NCBI GenBank assembly: GCA_903830985.1
Contig: CAIKVZ010000293.1
Location: 3,785 to 67,784 of the forward strand
Source: an uncultured beta proteobacterium
GTDB lineage: Bacteria > Pseudomonadota > Gammaproteobacteria > Burkholderiales > Burkholderiaceae_C
Direction of reading: 5' to 3'
DNA: 64,000 bases
Numbering within the stretch: the stretch's first letter is position 1; each line of letters starts with the position of its first letter. The notes under the pieces are model-generated. The model was not told the DNA's origin, searched no databases, and worked only from the letters and a program-made list of their open reading frames with translations. The translations under genes were made by a program, and so were the position numbers. Shown in pieces: positions 1-10,894 of this stretch.

Positions 1-2442
<2,442 letters not shown>

Positions 2443-2541
2443 GGTGTCAGGCCAGCAACTGTGTCAGACACATGGCCCGCGCCAGGTTGGGAAATGCGCT
2501 GTCGAGCACCGCGATCACCGGCATCGCGACTGCCACCGATG

Positions 2542-2910
2542 TCACGCCAGCGCCTCCCTGACCGCGTCGCGCAATTCGGTGTGGGTGAAGGGTTTGGTGA
2601 GCGTGAGCTTGACGCCAAGCAGCTTGGCCGACTCGAGGTTGAAGGCCGAGGTGATGGAACGGCGCCCGCCCGACATGGCGATCAGCGGCGTGGCGTTGCT
2701 CTGACGCGAGAGCGCCATGATGAATTCGACGCCATCCATGTTGGGCATCAGGATATCGGTCAGGATCACGTCGGGCTGGACGCGCGGCAACAGCGCCAGC
2801 CCTTTGGCACCGTCTTCCGTGGCCGTGACCTTGTGCCCGTCTGCATTGAGCATCTGCACCAGCATTTCGCGGAAAAATTCATCGTCGTCAATGACCAGAA
2901 TATGGGGCAT
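2542..2910 (-). CDS. Single-domain CheY-like response regulator (receiver only)
   Basis: 122-aa track ORF MPHILVIDDDEFF. Receiver signature residues are intact: DDD acidic pocket, acceptor Asp in VILTDILMP, AMSGG, TKPF. No output domain. Confidence 0.9.
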   Translation of the reverse strand: MPHILVIDDDEFFREMLVQMLNADGHKVTATEDGAKGLALLPRVQPDVILTDILMPNMDGVEFIMALSRQSNATPLIAMSGGRRSITSAFNLESAKLLGVKLTLTKPFTHTELRDAVREALA

Positions 2911-3154
2911 CAGGGGCTTCCTTGAATGGGTAATTGCGACGCATCAGTCATGCCCGGCAGCGCATCAAAACAGCTCGAACTTGCGTTCGCCGCTGGCCGC
3001 TTCTTCGCGCCGGGCCGAGTGCTAGTGTTTGTCTTCTTCTGCCAGCCAGGCGCCGAGCACCTGCGCCAGCAACTGCGCCATCTCGGCCGCTCCCTGGGGC
3101 GGGGCCAGCACGGCGGGCATCGACACACTTTAAGAGCGAGGTGGCGCACCGGCG

Positions 3155-3193
3155 TACCGGTAAACCGGTACGCCGACTACCGGTTTACCGGTA
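3155..3193. promoter_or_regulatory. Two 16-bp 7-2-7 inverted-heptamer sites (TACCGGT-AA-ACCGGTA and TACCGGT-TT-ACCGGTA), a candidate NarL/FixJ-family operator; they could alternatively act as tandem hairpins
   Basis: Read directly: 3155-3170 and 3178-3193 are reverse complements of each other. GGCGTACCGG-TAAA-CCGGTACGCC (3151-3174) and CTACCGG-TTTA-CCGGTAG (3177-3194) can also fold as hairpins. The sites lie in the 373-bp gap between the LuxR-type regulator stop (3284) and the CheY-like gene start (2910). Confidence 0.45.
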
Positions 3194-3283
3194 GCGGTTC
3201 GCTATTTCTTTAAAATTTTGACTTCTGGAGGCGTTATGGTGGTTTTCACCATGCCGCGAGTCATGGCGCGGCCGGGGCACGGA

Positions 3284-3943
3284 TCAGGCGCTCTGATCAG
3301 CGCGCTCGTCGTCCAGCATGTAGCGCGTGAGTTCGGCCACGGAGTGGCGATCGAGCTTGCGCATGATGTTGCGCCGGTGCACTTCCACGGTGGAAGCGGC
3401 AATCGACAGCTGTTTGGCAATCTGGCCCGAGGTCAGGCCTTCGGTGACCAGCTTGAGCACCTGGCGCTCGCGCTCGCTGAGCATCACAGAAGAGCGCGAC
3501 GCACGCTGGCGGCCGGCCAGCACGTCGCTCACGACGCCCGACACGTCGGGACACAGGTAGATGCGACCGCGCAGCACGGCGCGGATGGCGCGCAGCAACT
3601 CGTCGCCGGCCTCGACCTTGGTGACGTAGGCGCTGGCGCCGGCGTCGAGCATTTCGCGCACGTGGTTCTGGTCGGTGCAGGCCGACAGGGCCACCACCTT
3701 GATCAGCGGGCGCTGCGCCAGCAGCGTACGCGTGACCTCGATGCCGTTCATGCCGGGCATGCTGATGTCCATGCAGACCACGTGCGGCGCGCAACTGCAT
3801 GCCAGTTCGACGATCTGCAGGCCGTCGCCGGTTTGCGCCACCACCTCGAGGTCGGCCTGCGTGCCCAGCATGTGGCACAGCGCCTCGCGAAACATCTGGT
3901 GGTCGTCGGCGATCAGGATGCGAATTTTCATGGGCTCAGTCAA
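3284..3943 (-). CDS. NarL/FixJ-family response regulator (REC + LuxR-type HTH)
   Basis: 219-aa ORF with IRILIADDHQMFRE, acceptor Asp in VVCMDISMPGMNG, and C-terminal LSERERQVLKLVTEGLTSGQIAKQLSIAASTVEVHRRNIMRKL. Its start overlaps the upstream kinase stop (ATGA at 3940-3943). Confidence 0.9.
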   Translation of the reverse strand: MTEPMKIRILIADDHQMFREALCHMLGTQADLEVVAQTGDGLQIVELACSCAPHVVCMDISMPGMNGIEVTRTLLAQRPLIKVVALSACTDQNHVREMLDAGASAYVTKVEAGDELLRAIRAVLRGRIYLCPDVSGVVSDVLAGRQRASRSSVMLSERERQVLKLVTEGLTSGQIAKQLSIAASTVEVHRRNIMRKLDRHSVAELTRYMLDDERADQSA

Positions 3944-5223
3944 AGTTCAACCGAAACGCGGGTGCCGCGACCCGGGACGGATTCCAGACCGAAGCGCCCG
4001 CCCACGAACTCGGCCGTCTCCTTCATGTTGCGCAGGCCTTGGCCCGCGGGCTGCAACAGCCCATCCTTGGCATTGAGTTCGAAACCAACGCCGTCGTCCA
4101 GCACGGACAGCAGCTTGGGTTCGGAGTCGAGTTGCAGTCGCACCAGCACCACCTTGGCGCTGGCATGTTTGGCGCAATTGGTCAGCGCCTCCTGCACGAT
4201 GCGAAACAGCGCCAACTCCAGACTCGGTGCCAGCCGAACTTCGGCGTGCGGGCATTGGACACGCACCTGCAGGCCGGTGCGCCGGGCAAAGGGCTGGGCA
4301 TAGCTTTGCACCACGCCCAGCAGGCCGCCGGCGTCCAGCGCGGGCGGGTGCAGTTCGGCGCAGATTTCGCGCACGCTCAGCGTCGTGTCCTTGATCAGGG
4401 CGCGCGTGTCCTCGATGCGGTCGGAATAGGCCGCCGTAGCGCGCACCCCGGGTGTGGCCTGGGTGATGATGTCCAGGTTGATGCGCAGTGCGGCCAGATT
4501 CGGACTGGTGCGATCGTGCAATTCGCGCGAGAAGCGACGCCGCGCCTGTTCGTGCGCCTGCACCAGGCGGTGCGACAGTTCTTCGATCAGCAGCGACTGG
4601 CTGGCGCGCTTCTTCTCGGCCTGCTTGCGATGCGTGATGTCAAGCACCACCAGGCGCATGAGCGGTGCGCCATCCAGGTCCATGGCCTTGGTGGCGGTAA
4701 GTTGCACCCACAGGCTGGAGCCATCCTGGACCACCATCTGCAGTTCGCAGGAGGAACCTGAACCGGCGATGACCTGCTGGCGAATCAGGTAGTAGGCGTC
4801 CTGGTCTTCCTTGAGAATGAAACGCGAAATCGGCTTTTTCAAAAGCTCGGCTCGGGGCAAGCCCAACAGCGCCGCGCAGGTGAGGTTGGCCTTGACGATC
4901 AGCCCGCGCTCACTCAGCGTCAGGTAGCCCACCGGTGCCAGGTCGTAGAGGTCGACATAGCCCTCACGCTCGATGTCACGCTCGGCCTGCACCCGTCGCA
5001 GTTCCTCGTTCTGCATCTCGAGTTCGATTTGATGGACCTGCAACTCATGCAACATGGCCTGCATGGCCTGCGTGGCCTGCAGGGTTTGCGCGGAGTCGTC
5101 GCACAGTTCCGACGACTGCAGGACCGGCTTGGCCCAGGCATGGCGCTCGGCCTGACCACGCAAAGTCTGACCCGACCCGGCCTTGGCCGCGTCTCGGGTT
5201 TGCTGCTTGTCCCGAATCGTCAT
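3940..5223 (-). CDS. PAS-containing sensor histidine kinase, HisKA_3 (NarX/DegS-like) type, apparently cytoplasmic
   Basis: 427-aa ORF with coiled-coil LHELQVHQIELEMQNEELRR, a PAS region, H-box FSRELHDRTSPNLAAL, and ATPase boxes EALTNCAKHA, DDGVGF, GQGLRNMKE. No obvious TM helix. Confidence 0.85.
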   Translation of the reverse strand: MTIRDKQQTRDAAKAGSGQTLRGQAERHAWAKPVLQSSELCDDSAQTLQATQAMQAMLHELQVHQIELEMQNEELRRVQAERDIEREGYVDLYDLAPVGYLTLSERGLIVKANLTCAALLGLPRAELLKKPISRFILKEDQDAYYLIRQQVIAGSGSSCELQMVVQDGSSLWVQLTATKAMDLDGAPLMRLVVLDITHRKQAEKKRASQSLLIEELSHRLVQAHEQARRRFSRELHDRTSPNLAALRINLDIITQATPGVRATAAYSDRIEDTRALIKDTTLSVREICAELHPPALDAGGLLGVVQSYAQPFARRTGLQVRVQCPHAEVRLAPSLELALFRIVQEALTNCAKHASAKVVLVRLQLDSEPKLLSVLDDGVGFELNAKDGLLQPAGQGLRNMKETAEFVGGRFGLESVPGRGTRVSVEL

Positions 5224-5339
5224 GGGCCATTTATGGTTTGAGTTGGTAACAGGATTCTCTCACGGGTTCTGTGCACTGACGAACACTTTCGCCGTTTTCG
5301 CCATGCCACAATGGCCGATCCATAACCCAGGAGACATTC

Positions 5340-5582
5340 ATGACCACTGCCGTTCGCGCTGCCGACGTCCCTTCAGCCACCCAGGTCGAGGCGGGCAAGG
5401 ACTATTACTGGTGCTCCTGTGGCCAGAGCAAGGCCCAGCCCTTTTGCGACGGTTCGCACAAGGGCAGCAGTTTCACGCCCTTGAAATACAGCGCGACCGA
5501 GAGCAAGCTGGTCCATTTCTGCGCCTGCAAGGCCACGGCGAATGCACCACTGTGCGACGGCGCGCACAAGAAGCCGGTTTAA
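5340..5582 (+). CDS. CDGSH iron-sulfur domain protein (two CDGSH-type motifs)
   Basis: 80-aa ORF with CSCGQSKAQPFCDGSH and CACKATANAPLCDGAH. AGGAGA Shine-Dalgarno sequence a few nt upstream of the ATG. Confidence 0.85.
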   Translation: MTTAVRAADVPSATQVEAGKDYYWCSCGQSKAQPFCDGSHKGSSFTPLKYSATESKLVHFCACKATANAPLCDGAHKKPV

Positions 5583-5617
5583 ACCCTCAAGAAGTCACCC
5601 GTCTCTGCGAGGCTGCC

Positions 5618-7009
5618 TCAGCTGCCGGCCACCATCATGCGGTCGATCAGGATCGAACCCACGGTCTTGGAGCCGTAGTTGTAGCTGTCGGCGCCGACGG
5701 CCTTGATGCCCTTGAGCATGGCCTGCATGCTGGCGGCGATGGTGATCTCGTGCACCGGGTAGGCGATGACGCCGTTCTCCACCCAGAAGCCGCTGGCGCC
5801 ACGCGAATAGTCGCCCGTGACGTAGTTCACGCCCTGCCCCATGAGTTCGGTGACGAACAGGCCGGTGCCGAGCTTGCGCAGCATTTCGTCGAGCGTGTCG
5901 CTGGCGCGCGTATGGCGCGAACTCAGCACCAGGTTGTGCGAGCCGCCGGCGTTGCCGGTGGTGGGCATGGACAGCTTGCGCGCCGAATAGCTGCTCAGAA
6001 AATAGCCCTGCACGCGCCCGGCTTCGATCACCTTGCGCGCCTTCACGCGCACACCCTCGTCGTCAAAGGGCGAGCTGCCCTTGCCACGCACGATGAACGG
6101 GTCTTCGCTGATGTCGATGTGCTGCGGCAGCACGCGTTTGCCCAGCGAGTCGAGCAAAAAAGAGCTCTTGCGGTACAGCGCGCCGCCGCTGAGCGCCTGC
6201 ACCACCGAGCCGAGCAGGCCCGCGGCCAGCGGCGACTCGAACAGCACCGGGCATTGGGTGGTGCCGATCTTGCGCGACTTCAGTCGGCTCAGGGCGCGCT
6301 CGGCGGCGTAGCGCCCGACCGCCTCGGGTGAAGCCAGCTCAGTCGCATCGCGCATCGAGCTGTACCAGGCGTCGCGCTGCATGCCAGCGCCCTTGCCGGC
6401 GATGGGCGAGACGGAAAACGAATGGCGCGAACTGGCGTAACCGCCGCGAAAGCCGTGCGTGTGCGCGCTGAAGAAATGCGCCTGCTGGGCCGACACGCTG
6501 GCGCCTTCGCTGTTGGTGATCTTCTTGCTGGTCTGCAGCGCTGCGGCCTCGCAGCGCATCGCCATTTCGGCCGCCTGTTCGCTGTTCACGGCCCAGGGGT
6601 GGAACAGGTCCAGGTCGGTGCGCTGCTCGCCGACTTGCGCGATGTCGGCCGCATCGGGCAGCCCGGCCGCCGGGTCTTCCGCGGTGAAGCGCGCGATGTC
6701 GAAAGCGGCCTGCACGGTCTGGCGGATCGCCGTCTTGGAGAAGTCCGAGGTGCTGGCGTTGCCGCGGCGCTGGCCGCTGTACACCGTGATGCCCAGCGAC
6801 TTGTCTCGGTTGCGCTCGACGTTTTCGATCTCGCCCTTGCGCACCGAAACACTCAGGCCGCAGCCTTCGGAAGCTTCGGCGCCGGCGTCGGTGGCGCCGA
6901 GCTTTTTGGCATGCGCCAGCGCGGTGTCAACCAGGTCTTCGAAAAAGGCTTTGCTGTAGGCGAACCCGCGATCGGGGGCGGAGGAAACGGGCGTGGTGGG
7001 TTTTTTCAT
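5618..7009 (-). CDS. pmbA: PmbA/TldE-family metalloprotease
   Basis: The track ORF is 5618..7090. I prefer the internal start MKKPTTPVSS (27 codons in), which avoids overlap with the divergent gene. Family-typical blocks: GLSVSVRKGEIENVERNRDKSLGITVY and GDYSRGASGFWVENG. Confidence 0.85.
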   Translation of the reverse strand: MKKPTTPVSSAPDRGFAYSKAFFEDLVDTALAHAKKLGATDAGAEASEGCGLSVSVRKGEIENVERNRDKSLGITVYSGQRRGNASTSDFSKTAIRQTVQAAFDIARFTAEDPAAGLPDAADIAQVGEQRTDLDLFHPWAVNSEQAAEMAMRCEAAALQTSKKITNSEGASVSAQQAHFFSAHTHGFRGGYASSRHSFSVSPIAGKGAGMQRDAWYSSMRDATELASPEAVGRYAAERALSRLKSRKIGTTQCPVLFESPLAAGLLGSVVQALSGGALYRKSSFLLDSLGKRVLPQHIDISEDPFIVRGKGSSPFDDEGVRVKARKVIEAGRVQGYFLSSYSARKLSMPTTGNAGGSHNLVLSSRHTRASDTLDEMLRKLGTGLFVTELMGQGVNYVTGDYSRGASGFWVENGVIAYPVHEITIAASMQAMLKGIKAVGADSYNYGSKTVGSILIDRMMVAGS

Positions 7010-7073
7010 GTCGACGGCTATGATACTTGCCGCTGTCTCCCTCCGTGGGCCAGACCCACATTCACCACGCACC

Positions 7074-7730
7074 ATGACCAGAAAACTCAAAAAAGGCTAT
7101 TACGTCAAAGGCGTTTTCGTTGCCGAAGGCAGCGAAGCGGACCTGGCGTACAAGCTCGAACTCAAGGGCAGCGACGAGCCCAGCCGCACCGAACTCAAGC
7201 GCGAAAGCGACGAGTTGCAGGAAATCGGCGAAGCCCTGCTGACGCTGCGCCCCTCGGGCCTGGCCAAGCTGGTGCTGTCGGAAAAGCTGGTCGACGCGGT
7301 CAACGAAGCCAAGCGCATCACCAATTTCGAAGGCAAGCGCCGCCAGATGCAGTTCATCGGCAAGCTCATGCGCAAGCTGGAGCCGGCCGCTCTGGTGGCG
7401 ATCCGCGCCGCCTTGCACGACCAGAACTTCGGCTCGGCGCAGGAGACGCTGTCGCTGCACCTGGCCGAGCAGTGGCGCGATCGGCTGATTGCCGAGGACG
7501 GCGCTTTTGAGGAGTGGCTCAAGGCCTACGCCGAGACCGACACCCAGCAGCTGCGCGCCCTGATCCGCCAGGCGCGCAAGGACGCACAGGCGCAGCCGAA
7601 GACGCCGGCGGGCGCCGGGCCGCGCCAGGCAAGGGCTTACCGCGAGTTGTTCCAACTGGTGCGCGAGCAGATGCAGGCCATTCCCGCGCCGGAGTTGCCC
7701 GCCGTGCCATCCATCGCCAGCATGCAATGA
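7074..7730 (+). CDS. darP: YjgA/DarP (DUF615) ribosome-associated protein
   Basis: The track ORF is 6993..7730. The start was moved to MTRKLKKGYY (ATG confirmed at 7074). Charged helical protein with SRTELKRESDELQEIGEALL and RITNFEGKRRQMQFIGKLMR. Confidence 0.8.
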   Translation: MTRKLKKGYYVKGVFVAEGSEADLAYKLELKGSDEPSRTELKRESDELQEIGEALLTLRPSGLAKLVLSEKLVDAVNEAKRITNFEGKRRQMQFIGKLMRKLEPAALVAIRAALHDQNFGSAQETLSLHLAEQWRDRLIAEDGAFEEWLKAYAETDTQQLRALIRQARKDAQAQPKTPAGAGPRQARAYRELFQLVREQMQAIPAPELPAVPSIASMQ

Positions 7731-8332
7731 CCATGACCAGCTCAGCCGACTTCGATCCCGTCAAGATCGGCATCGTCTCCATCAGCGACCGCGCCTCCGG
7801 CGGCGTGTACGAGGACAAGGGCCTGCCGGCGCTGCAGGCCTGGCTCACACGCGCGCTGAAGAACCCGATCACGTTCGAGCCGCGCCTCATCCCAGACGAA
7901 GTGCCCGGCATCAGCGCCACGTTGATTGAGTTGGTGGAGGCGGGTTGCGCCCTGGTGCTCACCACCGGTGGCACGGGCCCGGCTCTGCGCGACGTGACGC
8001 CCGAGGCCACGCTGGCGGTGGCGCACAAGGAGATGCCGGGATTCGGCGAGCAGATGCGCCAGATCAGCCTGAAGTTCGTCCCCACGGCGATCCTGTCGCG
8101 CCAGGTGGCGGTGATCCGCGAGCAGTGCCTGATCATCAACCTGCCGGGCCAGCCCAAGGCGATTGCGGAGACGCTGGAAGGCCTGAAGGACGCCGAGGGC
8201 AAGTCACTGGTTCACGGCATCTTCGCCGCCGTGCCCTACTGCGTGGACCTGATCGGCGGGCCCTACATCGAGACCGACGACACGGTCTGCGCGGCCTTTC
8301 GGCCCAAGGCGGCGATCCGGCCACAGCGCTGA
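7727..8332 (+). CDS. mogA: Molybdopterin adenylyltransferase MogA
   Basis: C-terminal part of track ORF 7514..8332. The ATG at 7727 overlaps the darP stop (ATGCAATGA). Blocks IGIVSISDRASGGVYEDKG, LVLTTGGTGPALRDVTPEA, INLPGQPKA. Confidence 0.85.
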   Translation: MTMTSSADFDPVKIGIVSISDRASGGVYEDKGLPALQAWLTRALKNPITFEPRLIPDEVPGISATLIELVEAGCALVLTTGGTGPALRDVTPEATLAVAHKEMPGFGEQMRQISLKFVPTAILSRQVAVIREQCLIINLPGQPKAIAETLEGLKDAEGKSLVHGIFAAVPYCVDLIGGPYIETDDTVCAAFRPKAAIRPQR

Positions 8333-8341
8333 GGCTGAGGG

Positions 8342-9118
8342 CTACTTCCCCACCAACTCGTTGAGCTTGGCGGCTTCGAAGTGCTCGCTGCGCGCGGCGT
8401 CGCCGGGCACGCAGCTTTGCTCCTGGCGCTGGGTCGTGAGCTGGTCTATGGTCTGCCACAACATCGCGATCTGGTGCTCCTGAGCTGCGGCGTGGTCGAT
8501 CAGGCCGCGCATGGCCTGGCTCAGCGGGTCGTCGTTCTGCGTCACGCCGTAGGCGGAGAAACCCATCTTGGACGCGGCCTCCTCGCGCTTCACGTCGAGT
8601 TCGGCCTGGATGATGCGCGCCGGGTTGCCCACGGCGGTGGCGCCCGCCGGCACCGGCTTGGTGACCACGGCGTTGGAGCCGACCTTGGCGCCGTCGCCCA
8701 CCGTGAAGCCGCCCAGCACCTGAGCTCCTGCCCCCACGACCACATCGCGCCCCAGCGTGGGATGGCGTTTCATGCCCTTGTACAGCGCCGTTCCGCCCAG
8801 CGTCACGCCCTGGTAGATGGTGCAGCCGTCGCCGATCTCTGCGGTCTCGCCCACCACCACACCCATGGCATGGTCGAAAAAGACGCGGCTGCCGATGACG
8901 GCGCCGGGATGGATTTCGATGCCGGTGAGAAAGCGCGCCAGGTGCGAGATGAAGCGCCCCAGCCATTTCAGACCGTGCGTCCAGCACCAGTGCGCGCGCC
9001 GGTACAGCACCAGGGCGTGCAGTCCCGGATAGCAGGTCAGCACTTCCCAGCGACTGCGCGCAGCCGGGTCGCGGTCAAGAATGCACTGGATGTCGGAACG
9101 CAGGCGGGAAAACAACAT
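8342..9118 (-). CDS. cysE: Serine O-acetyltransferase
   Basis: 258-aa ORF with [31 protein letters not shown], and hexapeptide repeats [24 protein letters not shown]. Confidence 0.9.
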   Translation of the reverse strand: MLFSRLRSDIQCILDRDPAARSRWEVLTCYPGLHALVLYRRAHWCWTHGLKWLGRFISHLARFLTGIEIHPGAVIGSRVFFDHAMGVVVGETAEIGDGCTIYQGVTLGGTALYKGMKRHPTLGRDVVVGAGAQVLGGFTVGDGAKVGSNAVVTKPVPAGATAVGNPARIIQAELDVKREEAASKMGFSAYGVTQNDDPLSQAMRGLIDHAAAQEHQIAMLWQTIDQLTTQRQEQSCVPGDAARSEHFEAAKLNELVGK

Positions 9119-9128
9119 GGCGTCGAGT

Positions 9129-9914
9129 CTAGCCTTTCACCGCAGTGTCTGCCGTTGCCGGCACAGCCGGGCGCGTTGCCGCCATGGCCTTGGCCATGCC
9201 GCGCAGGATGTGGATCTCTTCCTGCGTCAACTGGGCCCGGTTGAACAGCTGGTTGAGGCGCGGCATGAGCTTCTTGGGCGCGGCCGGGTCCAGAAAGCCG
9301 ATGGCCACCAGCGACTGCTCCAGGTGCGCCAGCATGCCGCTGAGCTGGCGCGCATCAGCCAACTCCGACGGCGCTATCGCATCGTGCACGGCAAAACCGC
9401 CCAGGGCCTGACGCCAGTCGTAGGCGATCAGTTGCACGGCTGCGCCCAGATTGAGCGAACCGAAGTTCGGATCGGTGGGGATGCTCAGCGCCGCGTGGCA
9501 ACGGTACACGTCCTCGTTGCGCATGCCAAAGCGCTCCGAGCCGAACAAAAACGCCACGCCGCCGGCGCTGCCCGTCTCGGCCGCAACGGGCAGCTGCAGC
9601 AACTGCTCGAAATGCTGGCGCGGCGCCACGGTGGGCGGGCCAAAGTCGCGCGGCGTCATGGCCGTGGCGCACAGATGCGTCATGCCATCCAGCGCCTCGT
9701 CCAGCGTGGCGACAATGCGCGCGTTCTTCAGCACGTCCAGGGCGCCGCTGGCGCGCTGTATGGTCTCCTCGCGGCGCAGCACGTTGTCCCAGCGCGGAGC
9801 CACCAGCACCAGGTCGTCAAACCCCATGGTCTTCATGGCGCGCGCGGTGGCGCCCACATTGCCGGCGTGGCTGGTCTGGATCAGGATGAATCGGGTCGGG
9901 CGTGTGGTCGGCAT
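9129..9914 (-). CDS. SpoU/TrmH-family RNA 2'-O-methyltransferase (TrmJ-like)
   Basis: The track ORF is 9129..10022. The preferred start is [32 protein letters not shown] (ATG confirmed at 9914-9912). C-terminal block [13 protein letters not shown]. Confidence 0.8.
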   Translation of the reverse strand: MPTTRPTRFILIQTSHAGNVGATARAMKTMGFDDLVLVAPRWDNVLRREETIQRASGALDVLKNARIVATLDEALDGMTHLCATAMTPRDFGPPTVAPRQHFEQLLQLPVAAETGSAGGVAFLFGSERFGMRNEDVYRCHAALSIPTDPNFGSLNLGAAVQLIAYDWRQALGGFAVHDAIAPSELADARQLSGMLAHLEQSLVAIGFLDPAAPKKLMPRLNQLFNRAQLTQEEIHILRGMAKAMAATRPAVPATADTAVKG

Positions 9915-10027
9915 CGTGGAAAATGGGCTGACGAGTAAAATCACCCTATTGTCGCCGCCCGTATCGACGGGCCTTCTTCCATGCTCTTCAACAGGGCTCC
10001 GTATCAAAGCGGGGCGCTGCACAATTT

Positions 10028-10894
10028 ATGTCGTCACCCAATCTGCATCCCATGCTCAACGTGGCCGTCAAGGCCGCACGCGCCGCCGGCGCCATCATCA
10101 ACCGCGCCGCGCTGGATGTGGAAGCGGTGCGCATTTCGCAAAAGCAGCTCAACGATTTCGTCACCGAAGTCGATCACGCCAGCGAAAAAGTCATCATCGA
10201 GACCATGCTCACGGCCTATCCCGGTCACGGCATCCTGGCCGAAGAGTCGGGCTCCGAGCACGGCGCCAAGGATTCCGAATGCGTGTGGATCATCGATCCG
10301 CTGGACGGCACAACCAACTTCATCCATGGACTGCCGGTGTACTGCGTGAGCATTGCGCTGGCGGTGCGCGGCAAGGTCGAGCAGGCGGTGATTTACGACC
10401 CGACGCGCAACGACCTGTTCACCGCCACCAAGGGCCGCGGCGCCTACCTCAACGACCGGCGCCTGCGCGTTTCCAAGCGCACCCGGCTGAGCGAGTGCCT
10501 GCTGTCCACGGGCTTTCCATTTCGTCCTGGCGACAACCTCAAGAGCTACCTGAACCTGATGGGTGAAGTGATGCAGGCCAGCGCAGGCTTGCGCCGCCCC
10601 GGTGCCGCAGCGCTGGACCTGGCCTATGTGGCTGCCGGCTATACCGACGGCTTCTTCGAGAAGGGTTTGCAGCCCTGGGACGTGGCAGCAGGGTCGCTGC
10701 TGGTCACCGAAGCCGGTGGCCTGGTCGGCAACTTCACCGGTGAAGCGGTGTTTCTGGACCAGCAGGAATGCATGGCCGCCAGCCCGAAGATCTACGGCCA
10801 GATGGTGCCGCTGCTGGGCAAGTACAGCAAGTTCGCCAGCGCCGGCGAAAAGGCCCAGGTGCGTCAGGCTGGCAACGAAGCCGCGCAATCCTGA
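10028..10894 (+). CDS. suhB: Inositol monophosphatase family protein (SuhB)
   Basis: 288-aa ORF with [44 protein letters not shown]. Confidence 0.9.
   Translation: MSSPNLHPMLNVAVKAARAAGAIINRAALDVEAVRISQKQLNDFVTEVDHASEKVIIETMLTAYPGHGILAEESGSEHGAKDSECVWIIDPLDGTTNFIHGLPVYCVSIALAVRGKVEQAVIYDPTRNDLFTATKGRGAYLNDRRLRVSKRTRLSECLLSTGFPFRPGDNLKSYLNLMGEVMQASAGLRRPGAAALDLAYVAAGYTDGFFEKGLQPWDVAAGSLLVTEAGGLVGNFTGEAVFLDQQECMAASPKIYGQMVPLLGKYSKFASAGEKAQVRQAGNEAAQS

Noticed and set aside
2911-3283. Small ORFs in the CheY / NarL-type spacer: track ORFs 2910..3149(-), 2926..3213(+), 2934..3194(+), and a 32-34-aa minus-strand ORF MPAVLAPPQGAAEMAQLLAQVLGAWLAEEDKH ending near 3023
   Set aside because: The track ORFs are Arg/Cys/Trp-rich and cross the palindromic sites. 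The short peptide has decent GC3, but it is too short and has no motif or clear ribosome-binding site. It may be a gene remnant and is not called.
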